46,278 bases of DNA from Sphingomonas sp. GTDB taxonomy: Bacteria; Pseudomonadota; Alphaproteobacteria; Sphingomonadales; Sphingomonadaceae. The DNA lies in assembly GCF_048594985.1 (NCBI RefSeq), contig NZ_JBMDXG010000348.1, positions 1 through 46,278 on the forward strand, in the 5' to 3' direction. The translations under genes and the position numbers were made by a program. The notes under the pieces were generated by a model. It was not told the origin of the DNA, searched no databases, and was given only the letters and a program-made list of their open reading frames with translations. This document shows, one piece after another, positions 36,505 through 45,674 of the stretch. Position 1 is the first letter of the stretch. Every line of letters begins with the position of its first letter.

Positions 36505-38210
36505 TGCGCGGACCCGTGAAGATCGGCGCGCCGCTCGCGCTGCTCGCTTTCCTGCTCGCGGCCGCCCCGGCCGACGCGCGCAAGCGCCAGCCGCCGCCTC
36601 CCGAAATCCCCGTCACCGAGCAGGGGCTGGTCGACAACGTCAACGGCTATACGATCGATGCCCATGGCGCGCTGCTGCGCTTCAACGGCCTGCTGATCGA
36701 CCGGAAGGGCCGCGTCGCCAAGCTGCTGAACGAAGGCGACGCACGCCCGCAGCGCCCCGATTTCCGCCTCGACGGGCAGGGCAGGACGATGCTGCCCGGG
36801 CTGTTCGACGCACACGGGCATGTGGCCGGGCTCGGCTCGCAGGCGCTCAGCCTCGACCTCAGCCGCACCGCCAGCCTCGCCGACGCGCAGGCCGCGCTCA
36901 AGGCCTATGCGGCCGAGAACCAGAACCGGGCGTGGGTCCGGGGTGGCGGCTGGAACCAGGAGCGCTGGGCGCTGGGACGATTCCCGACCGCCGCCGATCT
37001 CGATGCCGTCGTGAAGGACCGGCCGGTGCTGCTCGAACGGGTCGACGGCCATGCGCTGCTCGCGAATTCGGCGGCGATGGCGGCGGCGGGCGTGACCGCG
37101 AAGACGCCCGACCCCGCCGGCGGGCGGATCGAGCGGGATGCAAAGGGCAATCCCACGGGCCTGTTCGTCGACGCCGCGATGGCGCTGGTCGCGCGCGCCG
37201 CGCCCGCGCCGCTGCCGCGCGAGCGCGACGCCGCGATCGCCAAGGCGCAGGACATCCTGCTCGCCGACGGCATCACCGCCACCGCCGACATGGGGACCAG
37301 CGTCGAGGAATGGGAATCGATGCGCCGCCTGGGCGATACCGGGCGGCTGCGCATGCGGATCACCTCCTATGCCGGCGGGATCGACGCGCTGCTGACGGTC
37401 GCGGGATCGCAGCCGACGCCGTGGCTGTATGACGGGCGCCTGCGCATGATCGGCGTGAAGCTCTATGCTGATGGCGCGCTCGGCTCGCGCGGGGCGTGGC
37501 TGAAGCAGCCTTATGCCGACATGCCGTCGACCAGGGGCCTCCAGTTCCTCGACGATGCCAAGCTGCGCAACCTGATGAGCCGCGCGGCGATGGACGATTT
37601 CCAGGTCGCGATCCATGCGATCGGCGACGCGGCGAATGCGCAGGCGCTCGCCGCGATCGACGAGCTGGCGGAAACCTACAACGGCGACCGCCGCTGGCGC
37701 GTCGAACATGCGCAGATCGTCGATCCGGCCGATCTGGCCCGGTTCGCGCGCAACGGCACGATCGCGTCGATGCAGCCGACGCACGCCACGTCGGACCATG
37801 CCATGGCGGCCAAGCGTCTCGGCGCCGCACGATTGGCAGGCGCCTATGCGTGGAAGGCGATGCTCGACAATCGCGTACCTTTGGCATTCGGATCGGATTA
37901 TCCGGTCGAGGATCCGAACCCCTTTGCGGGCCTCGCGGCGGCGGTGACGCGCGAGGATGCGGCCGGCGATCCCCCCGGCGGTTTTCTGCCCGAACAGCGG
38001 ATCACGCTGACGCAGGCGCTCGCGGCCTTCACCACGGGCGCAGCCTATGCCGCGCGGATGGAGGATCGCGCCGGCAGCCTCGAGCCCGGGCATTTCGCCG
38101 ACTTCATCCTGCTCGATCGCGATCCGTTCAAGATCGATGCGCGAACGCTGCGCGAGACGCGCGTGCTGGAAACCTGGATCGGCGGCGTCCGCGCCTGGGT
38201 CCGCAAATAG
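36501..38210 (+). CDS. Amidohydrolase 3 (YtcJ-like), secreted
   Basis: PGLFDAHGH, KLYADGALGSRGA, IHAIGD, RVEHAQ, GSDYPVE; signal peptide. Confidence 0.9.
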   Translation: MMRGPVKIGAPLALLAFLLAAAPADARKRQPPPPEIPVTEQGLVDNVNGYTIDAHGALLRFNGLLIDRKGRVAKLLNEGDARPQRPDFRLDGQGRTMLPGLFDAHGHVAGLGSQALSLDLSRTASLADAQAALKAYAAENQNRAWVRGGGWNQERWALGRFPTAADLDAVVKDRPVLLERVDGHALLANSAAMAAAGVTAKTPDPAGGRIERDAKGNPTGLFVDAAMALVARAAPAPLPRERDAAIAKAQDILLADGITATADMGTSVEEWESMRRLGDTGRLRMRITSYAGGIDALLTVAGSQPTPWLYDGRLRMIGVKLYADGALGSRGAWLKQPYADMPSTRGLQFLDDAKLRNLMSRAAMDDFQVAIHAIGDAANAQALAAIDELAETYNGDRRWRVEHAQIVDPADLARFARNGTIASMQPTHATSDHAMAAKRLGAARLAGAYAWKAMLDNRVPLAFGSDYPVEDPNPFAGLAAAVTREDAAGDPPGGFLPEQRITLTQALAAFTTGAAYAARMEDRAGSLEPGHFADFILLDRDPFKIDARTLRETRVLETWIGGVRAWVRK

Positions 38211-38213
38211 TCG

Positions 38214-38813
38214 CTAGCTGGCGTACTTGACCGAGCAACCGTAGGCGCGCGCCTGCCGGGTTGCGACCGGCCGCCCGGCCTTGAGATCGGTCAACGCCGC
38301 CAGCACCATATTCTTGGCCTTGGGCAGGTCGGCCACATCCGCGCTCGGAATGTCGTCGATGCCGCCGGCGTAAGCGAGCCTCCCGTCCGGCGCGATCACG
38401 AACATGTGCGGCGTGGTCCGCGCGCCGTAGAGCCGCCCGATCGCGCCATCGGGGTCGAGCAGATAGGCGCTCGTCACCGCCTTGGCCGAGCGGACGAAGC
38501 GGACCGCCTCCGGCCCCGACATGTGCCCCTGCTGTCCGGGCGCGCCCGAATTGACCGTCAGCCAGACCGCGCCGGCCGCGCGGGCGGCGGCCTGCGTCTT
38601 CTGCATATTGCCCTTGTAATGCTTCTGCACGAAGGGACAGCCTGGGTTGTTCCACTCGAGCACCACCGTCTTGCCGCGATAATCGGCGAGGCGGACGGTG
38701 CGGCCATCAGCAGCCTTAGCCGCGAAGTCAGGCGCAGGCCGACCGACCGCGGCTGCGGCGAAGAGGGCGGGCGCGGCACCGAGCGCCACGATCACGGCGA
38801 TATAGGGCTTCAT
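38214..38813 (-). CDS. Periplasmic redoxin (AhpC/TSA, thioredoxin fold)
   Basis: APDF, LEWNNPGCPFV, TTPHMFVI, YAGGIDD, YGCSVKY. Confidence 0.88.
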   Translation of the reverse strand: MKPYIAVIVALGAAPALFAAAAVGRPAPDFAAKAADGRTVRLADYRGKTVVLEWNNPGCPFVQKHYKGNMQKTQAAARAAGAVWLTVNSGAPGQQGHMSGPEAVRFVRSAKAVTSAYLLDPDGAIGRLYGARTTPHMFVIAPDGRLAYAGGIDDIPSADVADLPKAKNMVLAALTDLKAGRPVATRQARAYGCSVKYAS

Positions 38814-38906
38814 CACGAGTCTCCACCGGGCGGGCGATGGAATGTCTGCTCCGGACGGGCCGCGGTCAACCGCGGCTCGCGTCGCCAGGAAGAGACCTAC
38901 AAAGTT

Positions 38907-38926
38907 TCTATAACGTGCGGTATAGA
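38907..38926. promoter_or_regulatory. Palindromic operator-like site upstream of the SDR gene
   Basis: TCTATA-N8-TATAGA in an AT-rich patch. Confidence 0.5.
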
Positions 38927-38991
38927 TTTGCTCGATAGCGGCGCGGACAGGCGGCTCTACATCGGCGTCGATCCATTACGGGAGAAAAACG

Positions 38992-39741
38992 ATGACCGAC
39001 CTTACCAATCAAACCGCCCTCGTGACCGGCGCCTCGCGCGGCATCGGTCGCGCGACCGCGCTCAGCCTTGCCAAAGCGGGCGCGCGCACCATCATTCATT
39101 ACAGCGCGAGCCGCGCCGCCGCCGAGAAGGTGGTCGAGGAAATCCGTGCCGCAGGCGGCCAGGCCGACCTGATCGGCGGCGATCTGGCCGCGCCCGACGG
39201 CGCGCACAAGCTGGCCGAAGCGGTGAAGGCGCTGGGCATCGAGCGCCTCGACATCCTCGTCGCCAATGCCGGTGTGGCCAACAGCGCGCCGATCGAGGAG
39301 CAGACGGTCGACGACTTCGACTTCCAGTTCGCGGTCAACGTCCGCGCGCCGTTCTTCCTGGTCCAGCAGCTGCTGCCGCTGCTGGGTGAGGGATCGCGCG
39401 TGATCCTGCTGTCGTCGGTCGTGGCGCGCGCCGCGTTCGAGGGGCTGTCGGCCTATTCGGCGACCAAAGGCGCGGTCGAGGTGCTGACCCGTACCTTCGC
39501 CAAGGAGCTTGGGCCGCGCGGAATTCGCGTCAATGCGATCGCGCCGGGGGCGATCGACACCGACATGGCGCAGGGCTTCCTCGGCAGCGAGGAGGGCCGC
39601 GACTATATCAAGGGCCTGCAGGCGCTGAAGCGGATCGGCCAGCCCGACGACATTGCCGATGCGGTGCTGTTCCTCGCGTCGGATCAATCGCGCTGGGTCG
39701 ACGGGCGCTCGCTCGAGGTGAGCGGCGGCGCCAACCTCTGA
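38992..39741 (+). CDS. Classical short-chain dehydrogenase/reductase
   Basis: TGASRGIG, ANAG, YSATK, VNAIAPG. Confidence 0.92.
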   Translation: MTDLTNQTALVTGASRGIGRATALSLAKAGARTIIHYSASRAAAEKVVEEIRAAGGQADLIGGDLAAPDGAHKLAEAVKALGIERLDILVANAGVANSAPIEEQTVDDFDFQFAVNVRAPFFLVQQLLPLLGEGSRVILLSSVVARAAFEGLSAYSATKGAVEVLTRTFAKELGPRGIRVNAIAPGAIDTDMAQGFLGSEEGRDYIKGLQALKRIGQPDDIADAVLFLASDQSRWVDGRSLEVSGGANL

Positions 39742-39745
39742 CCGC

Positions 39746-41770
39746 TTATCCGAGCCGCGCGAGCAGCCCCGGCGTCAGGACCTGGGGTAGTTCGCGCGGC
39801 TCGGCCCCGCCCGGCGGGTAATAAAGGTAGAAGGGCACGCCCGAGCGGCCATGCGCTTCGAGGAAGCGGCTGATGGCCGGATCGCCGCGCGTCCAGTCGC
39901 CCGACATCACCGCGACCTTCTTCGCCGCGAAGGCCTGCTTCACCTCCGCGCGCTCGATCGCGGCCTTCTCGTTGACCTTGCAGGTCAGGCACCAGTCGGC
40001 GGTGAAGTAGAGGAAGACCGGCCGCCCTTCCGCGCGGAGGGCGGCAAGCCGAGCCCCGTCGAACCGCTCCGCCCCTGCCGTCTGCGGCGTCGCCTCCACC
40101 GCCATCGGCGCAACACTGGTGACGATCAGCAAAGCGGCAGCAAGCGTGCCGCCGAGCGCCGGCAGCCAAGCGCCGGACGCGAGCCGGTGCTGGCGCCGCC
40201 CCGCCCACCACAATCCGAACGCGAGGAGCAGCGCGGCGGCGAGGCCGAGCGTCATTCCGTCCACCCCCGCCTGCCGCCCGAGGATCCAGGCAAGACCCAG
40301 CGCGGTGATCAGCATCGGCACCGCCAGGATGCGTCGAAACACGTCCATCCACGCGCCCGGCCGGGGCAACAGCCTGCGGAGCGCCGGCACGAAGCCGAGC
40401 AGCAGAAATGGCAACGCCAGCCCCAACCCTAATCCGATGAAGACGGCCATCGCCCCCGCCGCCGGCAGCAACAGCGCCGCGCCCAGCGCCACCCCCATGA
40501 ACGGGCCGGTGCATGGAGTCGCGATGAACGCCGCGAGCGCACCCGTCCAGAATGCGCCCGCCGCGCCGCCCGACGCGGCGAGTCCCCCGCCGGCCGAAAG
40601 CGCGGGCAGGTCGAACAGTCCCGCGCGATTGAATCCGATCGCGAGCACCAGCAGCATCAGCAGCGCGAGCACGCGCGTATCCTGAAGCTGGAACGCCCCG
40701 CCGGCAAGCCCGCCCGCCGCGCGCAGCCCGAGCAACGCCCCGCCGAGCAGCGCGCAGACGAGCACGACCCCGCCCGTATAGGCCAGCGCCTCGATCCGGG
40801 CCGAGCGCGCGCTTTCGCCCGAGCGCGCGAGGCTCAGCGCCTTCAGGCTGAGGATCGGAAACACGCAAGGCATGATGTTGAGCAGCAGCCCGCCCAGCAC
40901 TGCGCCACCGAGCGCCAGCAGGAAGCCGCCCGCATCCGCGCGGCCTTCCCGCGCCGCCGGCGGCGTGAGCGCCGCGACCTTGCCCGGCACCGCGTCGAGC
41001 GCGACGCCCGCGCTTTTCCCGATCCGCAACACGCCTTCGATCTTGGCGGGCGCCGGGCCGTCACGCGCGGCGGTCTCCACGACGAGGCGATCGCCCTCAC
41101 GCGTCACCGCTTGGCTGGCGGCATAGTCGACCACGCCGTCGGTCAGCGGGAAGAAATAGGGGTCCGCCACCGCCGCCCCGGCGGGCAGCGGCACCTCCAG
41201 CCGGAAGCGGCCGTTCGCGGTCTCGAACCGCGCGGGCGCGCCAAGCGGCCTGGGCAAAGCGGCGCGCCAGCGATCGAAGCGCGTCCTGTCCTGTGGCGCG
41301 ACCGCGCCATCGCCCACCGTCAGGCGCAGCGCCAGCGTCGCCGTTTCGGGCACGCACACCTGCGGGTTGCAGGCGAGCCAGTCGAATTTGGCGCGAAGCG
41401 GCAGCGGCGTGCCGGGGGCCAGCCCCGCCGGCACGTCGACCGTCACGAGCAGGGCGTAATCATGCTCGTAGACATAGTTCATCAGCCCGGCGAGCAGCAG
41501 CGTTTCGGGCACCGGATAAAGCAGCGGCCCGAAGGCCAGCCCGCGCGGCGCGTCCCACGCGATTCGTGCCTCCAGCCCCGCGTCGCCCGGATTCTGCCAG
41601 TAGCCGTGCCATGTGGCTTCGGGCTTCATCGCGATCGCCAGCGTAACGCGCGATCCCGCCGCCGGGCTTGTCGTCTCAGCCAGAAGCGTGGGCGTGATAT
41701 GGGTCGGCGCGGCATGCGCCGTCCCGGCCAGCAGGAGCAGCGCGAGGAGGTGAAGGATGCGGCGGATCAT
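39746..41770 (-). CDS. dsbD: DsbD-family thiol:disulfide interchange protein
   Basis: WHGYWQNPGDAG, WLAC...CVP, NIMPCVFPILSLK, ATPCTGPFMG, TADWCLTCK. Confidence 0.9.
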   Translation of the reverse strand: MIRRILHLLALLLLAGTAHAAPTHITPTLLAETTSPAAGSRVTLAIAMKPEATWHGYWQNPGDAGLEARIAWDAPRGLAFGPLLYPVPETLLLAGLMNYVYEHDYALLVTVDVPAGLAPGTPLPLRAKFDWLACNPQVCVPETATLALRLTVGDGAVAPQDRTRFDRWRAALPRPLGAPARFETANGRFRLEVPLPAGAAVADPYFFPLTDGVVDYAASQAVTREGDRLVVETAARDGPAPAKIEGVLRIGKSAGVALDAVPGKVAALTPPAAREGRADAGGFLLALGGAVLGGLLLNIMPCVFPILSLKALSLARSGESARSARIEALAYTGGVVLVCALLGGALLGLRAAGGLAGGAFQLQDTRVLALLMLLVLAIGFNRAGLFDLPALSAGGGLAASGGAAGAFWTGALAAFIATPCTGPFMGVALGAALLLPAAGAMAVFIGLGLGLALPFLLLGFVPALRRLLPRPGAWMDVFRRILAVPMLITALGLAWILGRQAGVDGMTLGLAAALLLAFGLWWAGRRQHRLASGAWLPALGGTLAAALLIVTSVAPMAVEATPQTAGAERFDGARLAALRAEGRPVFLYFTADWCLTCKVNEKAAIERAEVKQAFAAKKVAVMSGDWTRGDPAISRFLEAHGRSGVPFYLYYPPGGAEPRELPQVLTPGLLARLG

Positions 41771-42723
41771 GCCGCCGCCCTCAGCCGCCGGTCGTCCGCG
41801 CGGCGCAGGCCCAGCCAGATCTTCACCGTCAATTCTCCTCCCGCCAGCGTCTCGGTCGCCGCCGGATCGAGCCCGGCGGCCACGAACCAGCCCGCCATCT
41901 GCTCATCGTCGAAGCCGAGCCGGGCGTGCCCCTCGCGCTCACGCAGTTCCTCGCGCTCGTGCGCGGCGAAATCGACGATCAGCAGCCGCCCACCGGGCGC
42001 GATCAGCCGCGCCGCCTCGCGTACCGCCGCCGCCGGCGCCTCAGCATAATGGAGCACGAGATGGAGCACGACCGTATCCGCGCTCTCGCCGTCGAGCGGC
42101 AGTGCGTACATGTCGCCCTGGCGCAGGTCGGCGCCCGCGATCCCCGCCGCCGCCATCCGGGCGCGGGCGAAACGCAGCATTTCGGGCGAGCGATCGATCC
42201 CGATCGCGCTGTCAGCATCGCTGCCGAGCAGTTCGAGCATGCGCCCGGTGCCCGTGCCGATGTCGACCAGCCGCCCGATCGGATGGTTCGCGAGCAGATG
42301 CGCGATCGCCGCCTCGACCTGCTCCTCGGCCACATGGAGCGAGCGGATCGCGTCCCAATCCGCCGCATGCGCGTTGAAATATGCCTCGGCCGCCGCCGCG
42401 CGATCGGCGCGAACCGCCTCCAGCCGCGCAGCATCGGCCAGCTCCCACTTTTCAGCCGCCGAATCGCGCCAGCCGTCGATCGCCGTGAACAGCGCCGGGC
42501 TGGCCGATGGCCCCAGCCGCAGGAAGACCCAGCTTCCCTCGCGCCGGCGACCGCACAGGCCGACATCGGTCAGGATGCGGACGTGGCGCGACACGCGCGG
42601 CTGGCTCTGCCCCAGCACCTGCGCCAGTTCGCCCACCGACAATTCCATCCGCCGCAGGAGCGCGACGATGCGCAGCCGCGTCGGATCGGCGAGCGCGCGA
42701 AACAGGGCAAGCGGTGAGACCAT
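41767..42723 (-). CDS. ArsR-HTH plus SAM-methyltransferase fusion regulator (SahR-like)
   Basis: FRALADPTRLRI...ELSVGEL..QSQPRVSRH; DIGTGTG SAM motif. Confidence 0.85.
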   Translation of the reverse strand: MVSPLALFRALADPTRLRIVALLRRMELSVGELAQVLGQSQPRVSRHVRILTDVGLCGRRREGSWVFLRLGPSASPALFTAIDGWRDSAAEKWELADAARLEAVRADRAAAAEAYFNAHAADWDAIRSLHVAEEQVEAAIAHLLANHPIGRLVDIGTGTGRMLELLGSDADSAIGIDRSPEMLRFARARMAAAGIAGADLRQGDMYALPLDGESADTVVLHLVLHYAEAPAAAVREAARLIAPGGRLLIVDFAAHEREELREREGHARLGFDDEQMAGWFVAAGLDPAATETLAGGELTVKIWLGLRRADDRRLRAAA

Positions 42724-42804
42724 CGTGCCACCGTCGTGCGGCGACGCCGCAAGGTCAAGCAGGGTGCTTGCCGCGAAGGGCGCGCTATGGCACGGCCCGG
42801 CATC

Positions 42805-43794
42805 ATGACAGCCCCCCGTCTCGGCCTGGCCGCGCTCCCCCTCCTCGCTCTGGTCGGCTGTGCCACGGTGCCGGGTCAGGATCGCCTTGCGCAGCGCGAT
42901 CCGCTCGAAGGTTTTAACCGCGCGATGTGGGGGTTCAATCAGGGCGCCGACAAGGTCGTCATCAAGCCGGTGACGAGCGTCTACCGCGCGGTCGCGCCGC
43001 GTCCGGTGCGGCAGGGCGTCAGCAACTTCTTCTCCAATCTGACCGAGCCCTGGTCGCTGATCAACAACCTGCTGCAGGGCAAGCCGAAGCGCGCGGCGAC
43101 GAACCTGCGCCGCTTCCTCATCAACACGACGATCGGCATCGGCGGCGTGATGGACCAGGCGAGCAAGATGGGCGTGCAACCCGCGCCCGAGGATCTGGGC
43201 CAGACGCTGGCGACGTGGGGCGTCAATGCCGGCCCCTACCTCGTCCTGCCGCTGCTCGGCCCGTCGACCTTGCGCGACGGCGTCGGCACCGCCGCCGCCG
43301 GATTCGCCGATCCGGTTTCCTACGGGGTCAATCAGGCGGACGTGAACGTCTGGTACAAGCGCGGTTATTGGGCCGCGCGTACCGTCAGCATCCGGTCCGA
43401 CCTGATCGACAGCGGCGCGGACGCCTTCCTCAAGTCGAGCCTCGATCCCTATGCCACGGCGCGCTCGGCCTATCTGCAGAGCCGGCGCGCGCAGATCCTC
43501 GATCAGGGTCAGGGCGCGGATGCGGGGCAGTCCGGCGCGATGCTGCCGGGTGCCGCCACCGCCGTCACCCCGATGGGCGAGCCCGCGACCGCGCCGGGCG
43601 ATGCCAATGCGGCCGGCATGAGCGCGGCACCGCTTCCCGGCGACGACGCCCCCGCCAGCGCCGCGCCGATGCCGGGCGGCGACGATGCGCCCGCGACCAC
43701 GCCGACGCCCGATTCGCAGACCCCGCTTCCGGAAAGCGGAGCCCCGATGCCGGGCGACGACACGCCCCAGCTGCCGGCTGACCCGCAGCCGTGA
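42805..43794 (+). CDS. mlaA: MlaA/VacJ lipoprotein with a Pro/Ala/Asp-rich tail
   Basis: LVGC lipobox, DPLEGFNR, RFLINTT.GIGG, EDLGQTL..WG..GPYLVLPLLGPSTLRD. Confidence 0.9.
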   Translation: MTAPRLGLAALPLLALVGCATVPGQDRLAQRDPLEGFNRAMWGFNQGADKVVIKPVTSVYRAVAPRPVRQGVSNFFSNLTEPWSLINNLLQGKPKRAATNLRRFLINTTIGIGGVMDQASKMGVQPAPEDLGQTLATWGVNAGPYLVLPLLGPSTLRDGVGTAAAGFADPVSYGVNQADVNVWYKRGYWAARTVSIRSDLIDSGADAFLKSSLDPYATARSAYLQSRRAQILDQGQGADAGQSGAMLPGAATAVTPMGEPATAPGDANAAGMSAAPLPGDDAPASAAPMPGGDDAPATTPTPDSQTPLPESGAPMPGDDTPQLPADPQP

Positions 43795-44075
43795 AAGCGA
43801 CGCTGACGGTGGGACTGCTGCTCACGCTCGCCGCCTGCGGGCGGAGCGGTGTGGCCGACGTCACGCTGGATGCCGACGCAGCCCAGCGCGAGGCGACCGC
43901 CGCCAAGACCCTCGCCGATCTCGCGGCGGCCGACGCGGCGGCGCGAGGGCCGGCCCCGGTCTATGCCGCGCCGTCGCGCCGTCCCGAACCGGCGCGCGTG
44001 CCGGAGGTGGAGAGCGCAGCGGACGCCATGCTTCCTATCGATCCCGCGCCGGCGGCGACCGCGAACGGCGAATAG
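43791..44075 (+). CDS. Small hypothetical lipoprotein
   Basis: LAAC lipobox; GTGA overlap with mlaA. Confidence 0.6.
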   Translation: MKATLTVGLLLTLAACGRSGVADVTLDADAAQREATAAKTLADLAAADAAARGPAPVYAAPSRRPEPARVPEVESAADAMLPIDPAPAATANGE

Positions 44076-44133
44076 CGGAACAAGGACGCCGCGTCGGACG
44101 CTTCTTGCGTCTATCCCACAGGAGTTTGATGCG

Positions 44134-44571
44134 ATGAGCGTGGCGTTTCGCCGCGAAAGCGACGACGAGCATCTGGAGCCGAAGTTCGAGCTGCCCATCC
44201 CGCCCGGGCCTAATCTGGTGACCGCGCGCGGCCTGGCGCTGATCGAGGAAAAGGTCGCCGCGCTCGAAGCGCTGCCCGAGCCCGGCGAACCGCAGAAGCG
44301 CGACCTGCGCTACTGGCGCCAGCGCCTCGCCACCGCCCAGCTGACCCCGGCCCCCGAAGGCGATGAAGCGGGCTTCGGCAGCCGGGTCGCGTTCCGGCTC
44401 AACGGCGCCGAGCGCGAGATCCAGATCGTCGGCGAGGACGAGGCCGATCCGCATGCCGGCCTGCTCGCGCTATCGGCGCCGCTCGCCCAGGCGCTGATCG
44501 GCGCGGGTGAGGGCGACCGGCTGGCGTTCGGCGGCCGGCCCGAGGCGATCGAGGTGCTGCGCGTCGGCTGA
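44134..44571 (+). CDS. GreA/GreB-family elongation factor-like protein (short)
   Basis: MSVAFRRESD, PNLVTARGL, IVGEDEADP..G...SAPLAQALIG. Confidence 0.85.
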   Translation: MSVAFRRESDDEHLEPKFELPIPPGPNLVTARGLALIEEKVAALEALPEPGEPQKRDLRYWRQRLATAQLTPAPEGDEAGFGSRVAFRLNGAEREIQIVGEDEADPHAGLLALSAPLAQALIGAGEGDRLAFGGRPEAIEVLRVG

Positions 44572-44572
44572 C

Positions 44573-44597
44573 GGCACCTTTGCGCCCGAACGGCGTT
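44573..44597 (+). promoter_or_regulatory. Possible EcfG promoter
   Basis: GGCAC-N16-CGTT. Confidence 0.45.
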
Positions 44598-44639
44598 GCC
44601 TCCGCCGAAACGATGTCACGACCCAGGAGGATGCACCTT

Positions 44640-44951
44640 ATGACCCTACGTTTCGCCGTGCCGATGATCGCCGCCGCCGCGCTGACCCTCGGCGCCTGCT
44701 CGCAGAGCACCGAGAACCATACCGAAGCGGCCGCCGAGTCGGCGGGTAACGACATCGCGACCGCCACGGACAATGCCGCCGCCGACATCGACGCTGGCGC
44801 GGACCGCGCGGGCGCGGCGGTCGACAACGGTCTCGACCGTGCGGGTGCGGCAATGGAGCGGGCGGGCGACGCCACCGCCAATGCGACCGCCAACGGCCTC
44901 AACGCGGCCGGCAATGCGGCGGACCGCACGGCAGCCGACCTGCGCCGCTGA
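44640..44951 (+). CDS. Small lipoprotein with 11-residue Ala-rich repeats
   Basis: AGGAGG RBS, LGAC lipobox, repeats such as GAAVDNGLDRA and GAAMERAGDAT. Confidence 0.75.
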   Translation: MTLRFAVPMIAAAALTLGACSQSTENHTEAAAESAGNDIATATDNAAADIDAGADRAGAAVDNGLDRAGAAMERAGDATANATANGLNAAGNAADRTAADLRR

Positions 44952-44986
44952 TCCCAGCGGGAGGGATCGCTCCGGCGCGGTCCCTC

Positions 44987-45538
44987 CTAGACCTGACCCC
45001 GGCGGAAGCAGTGCGGGGCATGGTCGTTGACCATCCCGACCGCCTGCATGAACGCATAGGCGATGGTCGGGCCGACGAACTTGAACCCCTTGCGCTTGAG
45101 CGCCTTCGACATCGCGTCGGACACAGGCGTGCTGGCGGGAATGTCGATCCCGTCATTGATCCGCGTGGTTCCGCCCGCGAGCCCCCACAGCCAGCCGGCG
45201 AAATCCTCGCCCGCCTCACCCATCGCCAGAAAAGCGCGGGCATTGCCGATCGTCGCTTCGATCTTGGCACGGGCACGGATGATGCGGTCGTCCTGCATCA
45301 GCGCATCGACCTTCGCCGCGTCATAGCGGGCGACGATCTGCGGATCGAACCCGTCGAAGGCGGCGCGGAAGCCATCGCGGCGGTGGAGGATCGTGCGCCA
45401 CGACAGGCCGGCCTGAAATCCCTCCAGCACCAGCATCTCCCATAGGAGGCGCGGATCGTGGACAGGCACACCCCATTCGGTGTCGTGATAGGCCTGCATC
45501 AGCGGATCGCCCTCGGCCCATGCGCAGCGCGTGGTCAT
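44987..45538 (-). CDS. tag: DNA-3-methyladenine glycosylase I
   Basis: RCAW, YHDTEWG, LEGFQAGLSW, GFKFVGPT, NDH..HC. Confidence 0.95.
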   Translation of the reverse strand: MTTRCAWAEGDPLMQAYHDTEWGVPVHDPRLLWEMLVLEGFQAGLSWRTILHRRDGFRAAFDGFDPQIVARYDAAKVDALMQDDRIIRARAKIEATIGNARAFLAMGEAGEDFAGWLWGLAGGTTRINDGIDIPASTPVSDAMSKALKRKGFKFVGPTIAYAFMQAVGMVNDHAPHCFRRGQV

Positions 45539-45621
45539 TCGGTCTGCTCCCCGGTTGGACGATCATCGTGACCCCACCGCAGCGGACGAACCGGGAGAGG
45601 GCAGGGTCGCATATAACGTGA

Positions 45622-45649
45622 AAGGGCCGGGGATCGCTCCCCGGCCCTT
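45622..45649 (-). terminator. groL terminator
   Basis: AAGGGCCGGGGA-TCGC-TCCCCGGCCCTT. Confidence 0.75.
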
Positions 45650-45674
45650 CCTGTGTGCGTCGTTCGAGAAGGAC

